A DNA stretch of 64,000 nt from the NCBI GenBank assembly GCA_053919585.1, contig CM132791.1; one strand, 5' to 3'. The DNA is from Euprymna scolopes. Its lineage: Eukaryota. The first letter of the stretch is position 1. Every line of letters begins with the position of its first letter. Below are positions 12,901 through 25,190 of the stretch, in pieces. The notes beneath the pieces are model-generated. The model searched no databases. It saw nothing but the letters and a program-made list of their open reading frames with translations, and had not been told where the DNA came from. Position numbers and translations under genes: made by a program.

Positions 12901-13306
12901 GCAAATTATTATTATTTACTCACTAGGAGTTCTTACACACATCATCACCATTAGTAATAGCTCCATAGCAATAACCAGTGGTGTTCCCTGGAATTCGAGG
13001 GACAACAATTTTTTCTAGATGTCCAGTACTCTCCGCCTCTTTGGATAACTGTTGAAAATGATTTTGCATTATCACAACCGCTTACCATTGATTTCTTACT
13101 AAGCCTCTTTAAAAATCCAGTACTCTCTGCATCTTTCCTGCGGAGATCTGCTCAGTACTCTCTTTCTTTGACCTTTTTATCCTACTTGACCCGTCATGAT
13201 TATTTTGTGTGATACAAGTCGAGATTGGTCTGATCACATTAATTTGGTCGTGGTGGGGGTATAGTTTATGAAATCTTTTGCGGTATCAGTTTCCTTGGGT
13301 TTATAT

Positions 13307-13480
13307 TAATGTTGGGATGATTAATTGGAATCGGGAATCGGAAAAATTGGAACTTTTTAGGGTTTTTAAAAATTTGTGCATATTTTCTGATGCCAAAAAC
13401 GATTCTTTTAATTTTATTTGTTTTTTTTTAACAAAACCTTGCACTCTTGGTAGTAATAATAAAATAATCAATTTTTATTG
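13307..13480 (+). mobile_element. Partial copy of the GGAATC-repeat hAT MITE
   Basis: TAATGTTGGGATGATTAATTGGAATCGGGAATCGG...GATGCCAAAAACGATT matches the left end of 21966-22394. Confidence 0.6.
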
Positions 13481-13834
13481 AGTAGAACCACACCAAAATC
13501 AACATGAACCATACTTGGTGTATGTTTGGTAGGGGAGAGAAGAGGGAGGTTAAAAATTATAATACTGCTACCAACAAGCAAAAAATCTGCTTTCGTTCTT
13601 CTATTTTTCTTTCTCCCCTCACCATGCCAAAATGAATACGCTGTGTATACGGCCTATATATTAATTTTCTCTTCTACTGTGAAGATTTGCAAGAAATTTT
13701 GTCTTTAAGTAAAATTTCCGAATCTAAGACATTTCTTCTTCTAATTCCTTCTTCGAGTGTAAGCTGCTTATTATGACGAAAGAGGCTCACCTGTGCAAAG
13801 AAAATGCGTTGTGTGCATCTATGTCAGTTGGGCG

Positions 13835-14005
13835 CCATTAAGATCACAGATTATGAGCTCAGCATGTTGTGTTTGAATCCAGGTTCAGCTTCTGAGCTAT
13901 TTTCACTAATGCCCTTGATAAAGCTTGGAGAAAAGTTGAATTTATACCTATTGGTGAAATAGTAGACTTAATTCCCAGGAATGGCAACTAGTTGAGAAGG
14001 AAACG
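13835..14005 (+). mobile_element. Degenerate tRNA-derived SINE-like repeat
   Basis: B-box-like GTTTGAATCC followed by a CTAATGCCCTTG...GAAATAGTAG...GGCAACTAG..GAGAAGG body. This resembles mollusc SINE bodies from recollection and was not verified. Confidence 0.35.
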
Positions 14006-14863
14006 ACATTGCTAGTCTTGCTCTACTTACCATTATTGCTATGAAAAATGATACAGTGATTAGGGCCTACATTGATAGGGGTGCATTCTCATTGGGGAGG
14101 TGTGAAGCAAGATGTTTGTTCACACTACATTCAAATTTCTGCATATTAGTACAGTCGAGGAAACAGAACAGGAAGGAATTTCAAAGGCAATAACATTAGG
14201 AAAGATGAGCAGATATGGGGACCTTTACAGTGAAAAGGTGGGATTTTGCTGCTAGTCAGGTTGATCGGAAGGATTTACATTGTGTCTGGATATCTTGATC
14301 AAGAGGGAGTACGGTAAACAAAGTAAGCTGTGATTTAAATGTTTCATAAGTGATATAACTGAATGCAATTTAACCGATATAAACTTTTTCATAATGTTGT
14401 ATGGAAAACAGACATGAAACATCACCTTGTGTTGCTCACTCGAGAGTCTGGGACACTCGCAATACTCTAAATACCAACACTAAATGAAGAAGAGAGTGTA
14501 GACCCAGTTTTAATTCACTTAACGTTATACTTTCATAAGATCATTGGTTAGATAAATCTCATATTTATGTTATCTATAAAATATTCTGCTGGTTCCTTTC
14601 TTAGTTAGTCTGCACTTTATGTAAAATACATTTTTTGAAGGCCAAATTGCTTTGGATTTGTTTTATTTATTTATTTTTAAATTAATTTAATTGTTCTCAT
14701 CATCACCATCGTCATGATCATTGAGGAATTCTGCCATTTTAAACGCTCTTTCAATTTGAATATGATACAAAATACTGCAGCCCATGACTCCTTACTCTAC
14801 GTACTCTATGTGTAGAATTTGTTTTATTTATTCATGCTTAAATTAAGTCAGGTCATTCATAAG

Positions 14864-14928
14864 AATGCTACTGGTAATATGTAAACCAGTACCACCTTCC
14901 CATGGTTGGGTGTTGGTGACTAAACTGG
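14864..14928 (+). ncRNA. Degenerate HDV-like ribozyme at the RTE 5' end
   Basis: P2 CCAGT(14886-90)/ACTGG(14924-28), P3 ACC(A)/(T)GGT around pyrimidine loop CCTTCCCA, P1 3' strand TGGGTGTT, GG for P1.1, minimal P4, J4/2 CTAA with the catalytic C. The P1 5' strand (AATGCT) is only wobble-paired. Confidence 0.55.
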
Positions 14929-16498
14929 CACCCCCATCAGGCTTGCTTGATGAGAAGGGTGGCTAGACACCTAGAAGGACTAAAAACAAAACCTAAGGGC
15001 GGATGAGCACCAACTGCCAACGGCCATCTAGCAAACTTCTCAAGTTATGGGTTAAATACCCTCGCCAACCTGCAGGCCAAGCGTAGCAAGTATGGCAAAA
15101 CCTCAAGACTATGACGTACAAGAATAAGAAACGGCCCTCAGTCCCCAGCAGTTCTCTGCCAGCAACATAGGATGTTAAAAATCTCTGAATTTGGACAGGC
15201 TGCCATTAGATATTGAACATTCGAACATACAACACAAGGTCACTGTCTACTGATGTTAGAGTCAGCGAATTAGAGGATCAACTATAGAAGATCAAATTTG
15301 ATGTTATAGGAGTGTGTGAAGGATGTTTCATCCTTAATAACAGTGGACACCACTTATTCTATAAGGGTGGGAACACCTCCTACAATAGGGTCGACTTTTA
15401 TTGCTAGAAACACTACAAACTTTGGTGTTTCAGACAGAGTAGCACAGTTCACCATTAGGATCAACAAGGGATACCTCATTAATATCATTCCAAAGAGTTG
15501 ACTCTACATCAACCAGCTTGCTGAAAGACTTGTACAGTGGGGCTACCTCTACTCTAAAACTCCATCGTGACAGCAACAAGATCAACCTTGAGAGAGAGCA
15601 AGACAAGGTGACAGCATCTCACCAAAACTTTTCACAGCCTGCCTCCACAGTGATGCGATAGTCAGTCAGATTAAGTGGGAGGGTAGTTGAGTCAACATCG
15701 ATGGCGAACACCTGTCATATCTCATCTTTGTTGATAATATAGTACTGATAGCACATTCACCTCAGGCACTAAATGACATTCTAAACGACATCCACCCTAA
15801 GAGCAAACTGGTTGGCCTCAACATGCATCTTGGGAAGACAAGGTGATGTTAAGCCAGTACGCTGCCAAGTTGACAATATTTGTTGATGGAAAAATCATTG
15901 AGGAAGTTGAAAGCTATATCTACTTGGGAAAGAAAATTACAAAAGATGGAGATCTCCTCCCTGAAATAAAGAGAAGGGTAACATTGGGATGGGTAACTTT
16001 TGGGAAAGTGGAGAATATCACGAGAAACCGAAAAGTAAATATGTCAAAGTAAAGATCTTCAATGGATATATACTAACTGTGATGATTTACGGTAGTGAAA
16101 CATGGGCTCTGACAACTCGCAAAAGTGAAATCTTGGCAGTGGCACATAGAAAGATGGAGAGGATAATGCTAAACATCACTCTACAAGACAAAAAGACAAA
16201 CGTCTGGATCCACGAACAAACAAGAGTCGTTGATATCAATACTGCCATCAAGACATCCAAACAAGGCAGGATACGTAGTCAGACAACATGACAACAGATA
16301 GTCCATCAGGACAACAGAATGGACCCCTCGTGGACATAAGAGGCCAAAGGGAAGACCAAGAACGAGATGGAGGGACGACCTGATACAACACATGGGTCCC
16401 ACATGGCAGCGGATAGCTTGTGACGGAGTTAGATTGCTAAAGTTTAGGAAAGGCTTCCACATTGAGCTATAAAACCCTTGTTGATTGATTGATTGATT
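14864..16498 (+). mobile_element. RTE-clade LINE, 5'-intact but internally deleted and decayed
   Basis: APE start YNTRSLSTDVRVSELEDQL*KIKFDVIGVCE. RT and downstream motifs RQGDSISPKLF, FVDNIVLIA, GLNMHLGKTKVM, VESYIYLG, YGSETWALT and RPKGRPRTRWRDDL. (TTGA)n tail at 16481-16498. Confidence 0.92.
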
Positions 16499-16629
16499 AG
16501 TTGTTAGTTTTACAACATTTCAGGCGATGTAACCTCTGACCTTCTTCAAGAGCATTTTTCTAAACTTGAGAATCATTATGCCAAACCTGAGGACATATAT
16601 ATATATATATACCACTGGAAAAATGGTTC

Positions 16630-16716
16630 TACCACTCCATAGAGTATTCCCGACACAATCCTCTACCTCTACAAGAGTCAAATACATTCTAAGATGGAGT
16701 ATAGCTGCCACATCAG
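16630..16716 (+). mobile_element. CR1/Jockey-group LINE ORF2 fragment
   Basis: PDTILYLYKSQIHSKMEYSCHI resembles the post-RT LYKSxIRPxxEYC motif. Confidence 0.6.
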
Positions 16717-17089
16717 GTGTTTGATTTGAAAGTCAATTACTTTGTATTAGTTGAACTCTTCAGGCTACTATTTTCATTGATGCGGCTGCCAGATCATGCC
16801 ATCTGAAGATACTTGACTAAAATGCACCAACTATTGATACTATTGTTTTATTTTTCTTTCCCTTTCCAAAACTCAATTATGTTCTGCAAAGTCAAAAACA
16901 AAAACAATTTTCCTCAACAAAACAAACAAAAACTCTGAATAAATATTTGAATATATAAAGAACTTTTTCCCAAAATGACCGGATTTGGCATTAAATGACT
17001 CCAAAAGGGTTGATATATCATGAGAAAAAAAAAAAAAAAACACAAAACAAACCCTTGATTTTGAGATCACATACCACGAAATACTTATG

Positions 17090-17345
17090 TATAACGCAAA
17101 AGATAAACCGGAATCTTCATCATTCCAGTAATTTTAGATCTAACTGGGCTCATTAAAAAAATTTCAAGAACTATCTGGCAAATATACCTGATGATCCAAG
17201 TGCAAAAGAGATACAAACAATTACACTTAGAAGGGTGGTTAGAATCTTGAAAAGATTTCTCGGATGGAATGTATGAAATAGCAGAGGCTTTTGTCAGCAA
17301 CAGCCAGTAGAACTCATGAACTGCCGGAAGGTACCAAACGAAGTG
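17090..17345 (+). mobile_element. R4/Dong-like (RLE) LINE 3' fragment
   Basis: IIPVILDLTGLIKK..LANIPDDPSAKEIQTITLRRVVRILKRFLG resembles the R4/Dong C-terminus. Second copy at 35945-36110. Confidence 0.6.
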
Positions 17346-18267
17346 TTTATGAAAACACAGATACATTTAAAACAAAACATCCTCTCCTCCCTATATTAAG
17401 AATAGGTTTCTAAATAATTAGATTATAATTTAGATATCTATTCGCAACATAGTGAGGAGAGGGGGTTTTGTAACTATTCTATATTTTCACTTAATAAAGT
17501 ACAAAGTACAGATAAGGTACCGGTTTTTGTCAGCAATGTCTGGTGGTTTGATAAATGTGTTAACAGATTAATTGCATTTTTTTTTCATCTGCTTACTCGA
17601 ATTTCATTGGCTAAGCATTCCCGCATATCCCCGCGATTTACGACATCTGCAGTAAAACGCTGATGAAACTTCGGCTTTAGCACATTACCTTCTCTGCATA
17701 CGTACCCAATAAATGACAAGAAAAGAAAAAAAAGAACAGAAAAAAGATAGATAATAAATAGCGATCTTTTCTAATTCGACTTTTAGAATTTTCTCTGCAT
17801 AAAGATGTTGAGTACTAAGATTGTTATTTATTAATATAGTTTAATTTGTGATTATTTTTTGTTGTTGTTGGTACTGATGAGCTATCCACACAGTGCTTAC
17901 AAAGGTTGCGCCTTTGGAATATGTTATATGCGTGAAGTCCCCTCGTTGCCCACAATTACTGGTCAGACCTGGAAGACTGCAGGTTCACCCTAACACTGAG
18001 AGCAGCAAAACACAGCAATTCTAGAGAGTCAAAGAATGTTTCGGTAGAACACACAAAAGAATAACAATTACACGTGTGTGGAAGTAATATTGTTATTCTC
18101 ACTTCAGAGATTTGAGTTTCTGTACCTGACACGTCATTGGTTGCCACACGCAGAGGAAGATATTATAAGAGGATGACGGAGCATGATGTTGACTTCCCCT
18201 GTTGCTTTTGTTGTTATTATGACAACTGAAAGATTCACTTTTAAAAGGGTTAAACTAAGCTTATAAT

Positions 18268-19098
18268 TTGTGTTGGCGTGCTTAATCAGAATCGGAAATC
18301 GGAACGTTTGGGGATATCGTTAATCGATATTCGGAATCAGAAAAAAATTGTGCTTATTTTTCGATGCCAAAAAAAAAAAAAATTGTTTTTTTCTTGTTTT
18401 TGCTTGAAACTTAATTTTCCATTGCTGGTACTAATGCTAAAAAGATAAATATTTATTGCTTTTAAATAAACCAATAAAACTAGAGCTGAAATCTATAGAT
18501 CACCCCTTACAAGGGTTTTTTTTTTTTATAAAATCCTACTTACCATGTTGTAACGTTGGAGAAAGAAAAGTCAGTTCCAACATGTCAAAATACAACCGCT
18601 GAGATACAACGCGCGGCTCTTTACAAATAGACTTTCTTTCTCCAACTTTACAACATGAAGAAAAAGAAGAAAAGAAAAAGAAAGAAAACAACATACTGAG
18701 GATGGAGTTTAGCTCCGAGATATATTTATGTTATAAATTTCAAGCAAGTAAAATATTTGTTTATTTTCCTAATATTACGTTGTGATTTGGCTTTCAAGCA
18801 CATTTGATGTGTATTTTATTTTATTCAAATTAAAACAACGTTTCTATATGGAACTCACATCCTTTATGTATTTTTATGTTTGCGAAAACATAGGCATATG
18901 TTAAAGTGTATTTTATGTTAATCCGAAAATTAAAAAAAGTAAACCAAAAACAAAACAAACAATTACACTATAGCTAAATATTTAAAGATTTTAAAAGAAT
19001 CGGAATTGGAATCATTAATTGTATCAGAATCAGGAATTAGAAACAGAATCGAGAATTGTATTGGAATCAGGAAAAGTATTGGAATCTTTTTATCACTA
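18268..19098 (+). mobile_element. hAT MITE with GGAATC subterminal repeats
   Basis: Degenerate TAGTG..CACTA termini and 8-bp TSD CTTATAAT/TTTATAAT. Contains an internal palindrome at 18544-18657. Confidence 0.7.
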
Positions 19099-19418
19099 TT
19101 TATAATAATATCATTCAGCATCATAGGAAAAATGATTTTCTTTAAAAGGAAATCGCTCTAGACAAATCATAACGTCACTTGATATAAGGAGCTAAAAATA
19201 TACTAATTCAAGGTCAAAAACTTGGCAATGATGAGTCTTAGATGGAATAGATTCTGACCCAGAAAACAGCAATTCTTCCCTCTATGTCAGAAACATCGTT
19301 CATGGAATATGAGGACTAAAGGAAGGCGAAAGTAACTAAGTTGCCAAATGTAAATCCAAGATCCACTCTGTACTCTTCTTGAAATTGATAAACTTGATTT
19401 AACTTCAATTGAAAACAG

Positions 19419-21181
19419 AGATGAGTACTATCAAAATAGATGAGTACTATCAAAATAGATGAGTACTATCAAAATAGATGAGTACTATCAAAATAGATGA
19501 GTACTATCAAAATAGATGATTCCTGCCAAAATAGATGAGTACTACCAAAATAGATGAGTACTATCAAAATAGATGAGTACTACCAAAATAGATGAGTACT
19601 ATCAAAATAGATGAGTACTACCAAAATAGATGAGTCCTATCAAAATAGATGAGTACTATCAAAATAGATGAGTACTATAAAATAGATGAGTACTACCAAA
19701 ATAGATGAGTACTATCAAAATAGATGAGTCCTATCAAAATAGATGAGTACTACCAAAATAGATGAGTACTACCAAAATAGATGAGTACTATCAAAATAGA
19801 TGAGTACTATCAAAATAGATGAGTACTATCAAAATAGATCAGTACTACCAAAATAGATGAGTCCAATCAAAATAGATGAGTACTATCAAAATAGATGAGT
19901 CCTACCAAAATAGATGAGTACTATCAAAATAGATGAGTACTACCAAAATAGATGAGTACTATCAAAATAGATGAGTACTATCAAATAGATGAGTACTATC
20001 AAAATAGATGAGTACAACCAAAATAGATGAGTACTACCAAAATAGATGAGTACTATCAAAATAGATGAGTACTATCAAAATAGATGAGTACAACCAAAAT
20101 AGATGAGTACTATCAAAATAGATGAGTACTATCAAAATAGATGAGTACAACCAAAATAGATGAGTACTATCAAAATAGATGAGTACTACCAAAATAGATG
20201 AGTACAACTAAAATAGATGAGTACTATCAAAATAGATGAGTACTATCAAAATAGATGAGTCCTACAAAAATAGATGAGTCCTATCAAAATATATGAGTCC
20301 TATCAAAATATATGAGTACTATCAAAATAGATGAGTACAACCATACTAGATGAGTACTACCAAAATAGATGAGTCCTACCAAAATAGATGAGTACTACCA
20401 AAATAGATGAGTACTATCAAAATAGATGAGTACTATCAAAATAGATGAGTACTACCAAAATAGATGAGTACTATCAAAATAGATCAGTACTACCAAAATA
20501 GATGAGTACTACCAAAATAGATGAGTACTACCAAAATAGATGAGTACTATCAAAATAGATCAGTAATACCAAAATAGATGAGTACTACCAAAATAGATGA
20601 GTACTACCAAAATAGATGAGTACTATCAAAATAGATGAGTACTACCAAAATAGATGAGTCCTATCAAAATAGATGAGTACAATCAAAATAGATGAGTACT
20701 ATCAAAATAGATGAGTACTACCAAAATAGATGAGTACTACCAAAATAGATGAGTACTAACAAAATAGATGAGTACAACAAAAATAGATGAGTACTATCAA
20801 AATAGATGAGTACTATCAAAATAGATGAGTACTATCAAAAATAGATGAGTACTACCAAAATAGATGAGTCCTACCAAAATAGATTAGTACTATCAAAATA
20901 GATGAGTCCTACCAAAATAGATGAGTCCTATCAAAATAGATGAGTACAATCAAAATAGATGAGTACTATCAAAATAGATGAGTCCTACCAAAATAAATGA
21001 GTACTATCAAAATAGATGAGTCCTACCAAAATAAATGAGTACTATCAAAATAGATGAGTCCTGCCAAAATAGATGAGTGCTACCAAAATAGATGAGTACT
21101 ACCAAAATAGATGAGTCCTACCAAAATAGATGAGTACTACCAAAATAAATGAGTACTATCAAAATAGATGAGTACTACCAA
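19419..21181. repeat. 19-bp minisatellite (AGATGAGTACTAYCAAAAT)n, ~90 units
   Basis: Directly visible head-to-tail array with no spacers. Confidence 0.97.
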
Positions 21182-21891
21182 GTGTGTATCATTAGCACGA
21201 AGACTGTGTAGACGCAACTTTATTAGTTATTGTGTAACTGATCTCTACAAGTAAACAATGTCAACCTAATCATAAGATCCAAACAAACAGTGGTTACTTG
21301 CTGTACGAGAGAAGAACAAACAGTTTTTACGAAGAGAACACATTCATCTACACACTACAAAAAGGTTAAGTTCATAATCCATCTTAGTGGCCAAGTGAAA
21401 GCAAAAATAACCCTTTGTTTTAATTTAATTTTTGTATTTATTCACGAGGCAAAATCAAATCAAATTTCCTGAAGAAGCTAATTGAACGATCTGACCGCAT
21501 TTTCTGCAGATATTGATTTCTTGGAGAATGTTGTGTGCACATTCCGATTAGCAAACCTACGGATATTGCAAAAAGTATGCCTCATTGGAGCACCATATAA
21601 TTGAAACAAACATGTGCCGATTAAATTATCCTGTTAGCATTGCAGACGATTAAAGTAATCGAAGAATGATGGTAAATAGAAAGTAGAGAATTATATTGAA
21701 AATGGAATAAAAAAATAATGGTAAATGGGAAGTAGATGCTATTTCCAATATAATTTGGTTTAAAATAACGGCAAACTGAAAATAAAGAACTATATTGAAC
21801 ACGGCAGCTTCTACTTTATAATAAAGACCAAAAAGTATTTATATACACACATATAATTTTATTTTAGTTTATGGTCTTTATACAGCCATAT

Positions 21892-21965
<74 letters not shown>

Positions 21966-21968
<3 letters not shown>

Positions 21969-22391
21969 TGTCGGGACGATTAATCAGAATCGGAAACATC
22001 GGAATATTTCAGGGTATCGGAATCGGAAAAGTTTGTACCGATCTGCTGATGCCAAAACGATTATTTTAATTGTCTTTTTTATTTGATTTTGTTTGAAGCA
22101 AAATCTTCCATTGCTGGTAATAATGATAAAATGATAAATATTTATGGATTTTAAATCACCAGTGAAGCTAAAATTGATAGATCGTCTCCCACAATTATAT
22201 TTTTACTTCTAGAGAAATATTTGAACATTTAACATATGTGTTGTTACAGTAATCACAGAAAAATACAACTATGTAGTAAAATATTTAGATATTTATAAAG
22301 AATCGAAATCGGTAATTGTATTGGAATCGGGAATTTAGTATGGAATCGATAATTGCATCGGAATCGGGAAAATATTGGAATCGTCCCATCA

Positions 22392-22394
<3 letters not shown>
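21966..22394 (+). mobile_element. hAT MITE with GGAATC subterminal repeats, inserted in (TA)n
   Basis: TIRs TAGTGTCGGGACGATT / AATCGTCCCATCACTA. Same family as 18268-19098. Confidence 0.8.
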
Positions 22395-22450
<56 letters not shown>

Positions 22451-22511
22451 TTCAAACACGGCAGTATTTGAATATATGGTTAAGTGGCAATTTTAGTCAT
22501 TTAGAACTGCT

Positions 22512-23150
22512 TTAAAGCTTCACCGCTCACTCATTTTTCGACCAAATTTCAAACAATTATTACAGTTTATAGATTACCTTCTCAGCTATATTGGGAAAAA
22601 AAAATTTCAATTTTCGTTCGGTAAAACAAAAGTTATGATGAATTTACTGGTGTTCAAAATCGTGAAAAAAGGTAAGGAGATGAGCAACGTTTTTTATAAC
22701 TGGTTTCCATAGCAACCACGTCGCTTCAGCGACTACTGTTGCTACCAATGTATCGCTCTCGCGAAAAGGGAAGTAACAACTAAAACAGAGAATAAAATAA
22801 TGAAAGGGAGATAATTGGAGGATTTTATTGAAAGCAGACGAGTGCCGTATATTGTTATTACATATGTGTATGTTATGTTTATGGAGGTAAAAAATAAAAC
22901 TGAAATTAAACAAAGAACAAGTGAATTTATTGGACGCCTGGAAAAAATCATGGATTACAATAGAAAAATGCGTGCATGAAAAGTAGTATGGTTAAGCTTA
23001 AACATGGAAAAGTAAAGGACTAGTTGTTAAAACTGGAAAAGAAATGGAAAAGATATTTCTTGTAAAAATATAATAAATTTAGAACTTAAAATATTGCAGC
23101 ATTAACAACTTTTTAAATTCAAATTATAACATTATATAATAAATTCTTAA
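22512..23150 (+). mobile_element. One arm of the foldback (Kolobok-like) element
   Basis: Starts TTAA|AGCTTCACCGC (TTAA plus purine-purine terminus). Homologous to 6977-7335 and 8632-8820. Ends at the palindrome centre. Confidence 0.55.
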
Positions 23151-23642
23151 TATGTCTGGCAGGATTCTTAGATATGTTTTGTACAGAAATACATCTGATA
23201 AGTATTGAAAACCGAAAAAATCAGATCTTAAAAATAGCTTATCTCTCTTATAGATAAAAAAGAATAATTTTTACACGGGAATATTTTACGTTACACCAAC
23301 AAGGGAGATAATAAAATTTCAGCAAATCATTTCTTCTCAAAAACATATTTATTATAATCTGGGGATATAGCTTAGTGGTAGAGCATTCGAATACAGATCG
23401 AATGATCCCCTGTTCAAGCCCGGGTGTATCTCACCATTTTATTTAATTTTTTTTTTTTTATTAACAAGTTCAATTTACGATAAAAGAAGAGGTGCCATTT
23501 AATATCGCCACAAATCGTTTCTTCGTTTGCATATTTTAAAACTAAACATTAATCAAAAGTGACTTTTATATCACCAAGCCCAAATATCAGCTGACGTGAT
23601 ATTGTAAACACACACAGACAGAATTTGATGAACGACATTATC

Positions 23643-23699
<57 letters not shown>

Positions 23700-23850
23700 T
23701 TGCGAATTAGTCCACCGGGCAAATTATTCATCGCAATACATAATAATCAATAGAAGATTGATTCTATAATAATGTATACGAAATCTGCATAAATTAAAAT
23801 ATCATGTTTAAGCATATTGTACAACCGGGCAATGCCGGGCTGCCAGCTAG
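23151..23850 (+). mobile_element. Non-autonomous Helitron-type element (family C, 5'-truncated) carrying a tRNA-Cys-derived module
   Basis: 3' hairpin CCGGGCAATGCCGGG then CTAG|T at 23847-23851. Homologous to 49019-49621 and 60796-61359. Confidence 0.75.
23361..23432 (+). pseudogene. tRNA-Cys-derived pseudogene inside the Helitron
   Basis: GGGGATATAGCTTAGTGGTAGAGCATTCGAATACAGATCGAATGATCCCCTGTTCAAGCCCGGGTGTATCT is colinear with metazoan tRNA-Cys(GCA). The anticodon loop is altered (ATACAGA) and the acceptor and T stems have mismatches. Confidence 0.8.
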
Positions 23851-24361
23851 TACAATCGAAATGTTTTATTCAAGGCAGCTTTTAATCTACATATTATAGA
23901 CATCGTTACTATGTAGAAACACGGATAGAGACGACTGCCTTTCTTCTAATTTTATTTGCTTTTTAGCAGTCATCTTAATCGCATTCTGAAGTTTAAAAAA
24001 AATACGACATCGCATAAAAAACTGAAAAGAACGAAGAAAGAGTTAGCTTAATAAACAAAGAAAGAAAGAAAAGGGCAAATTCCCTATTCGCCTCGCACAT
24101 TAATTTCTAATTGTTGGGGTTTAAATGTTGAAAGAAGAATGAGAAGGCTTAGAAACAGTGAAATCGAAATATATATTAAGAGAAAATAGGATTCCACACG
24201 TAATCACTTAAGAGAGTAAAATGTCATTGCGGTGGGGAGGTTATATTATTTACAAAAAGTTTTAAATTAAAGAGGAAATATAGTCTATGAATACATTTTC
24301 GTTAACTGTAAAAAATATCAAATCAAATTTATATGTAAAAGAATAGCAAAGTGCTACAAGC

Positions 24362-25190
24362 GAAAATACAAAAAAGTGAAAGTACAAAAATAAAATGAAA
24401 ATACAAAAAAAATAAAAGTACAAAAAATGAAAGCACAAAAAATGAAAGCACAAAAAAATGAAAGCACAAAAAATTGAAAGCACAAAAAAATGAAAGTACA
24501 AAAAAATGAAAGCACAAAAAATGAAAGCACAAAAAAATGAAAGCACAAAAAAATGAAAGTACAAAAAATTGAAAGCACAAAAAATGAAAGCACAAAAAAA
24601 TGAAAGTACAAAAAATGAAAGCACAAAAAATGAAAGCACAAAAAATGAAAGCACAAAAAAATGAAAGCACAAAAAATGAAAGCACAAAAAATGAAAGCAC
24701 AAAAAAATTAAAGTACAAAAAATTGAAAGCACAAAAAATGAAAGCACAAAAAAATGAAAGTACAAAAAATGAAAGCACAAAAAATGAAAGCACAAAAAAA
24801 TGAAAGCACAAAAAATGAAAGCACAAAAAAAATGAAAGCACAAAAAATGAAAGCACAAAAAAATGAAAGTACAAAAAATGAAAGCACAAAAAAATGAAAG
24901 CACAAAAAAATGAAAGTACAAAAAATTGAAAGCACAAAAAAATGAAAGTACAAAAAATTGAAAGCACAAAAAATGAAAGTACAAAAAAAATGAAAGTACA
25001 AAAAATGAAAGCACAAAAAATGAAAGCACAAAAAATGAAAGCACAAAAAAATGAAAGTACAAAAAATGGAAGCACAAAAATGAAAGTACAAAAAAAATGA
25101 AAGCACAAAAAAAATTAAAGCACAAAAAAATTAAAGTACAAAAAAATTAAAGTACAAAAAATTAAAGTACAAAAAAATGAAAGTACAAAA
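24362..25190. repeat. A-rich 14-16-bp minisatellite (A5-8 TGAAAG(C/T)AC)n
   Basis: Directly visible. Source of the FLCFHF/VLSFF ORFs. Confidence 0.97.

Noticed and set aside
10922-13018. 698-aa LLIP and 627-aa VVLV ORFs
   Set aside because: Translations of a 12-bp minisatellite; low complexity, open on both strands, no domain
19419-21181. CRISPR-like array or tandem hammerheads (GATGAG motif)
   Set aside because: No unique spacers, eukaryotic context and no cas genes; lacks CUGANGA and a GAAA core
23361-23436. Functional tRNA-Cys with ACA anticodon and encoded CCA
   Set aside because: Acceptor and T-stem mismatches, an altered anticodon loop and position inside a repeat; the second copy is more diverged and lacks CCA
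24262-25125. Several overlapping Phe/Cys-rich ORFs
   Set aside because: Translations of an A-rich minisatellite
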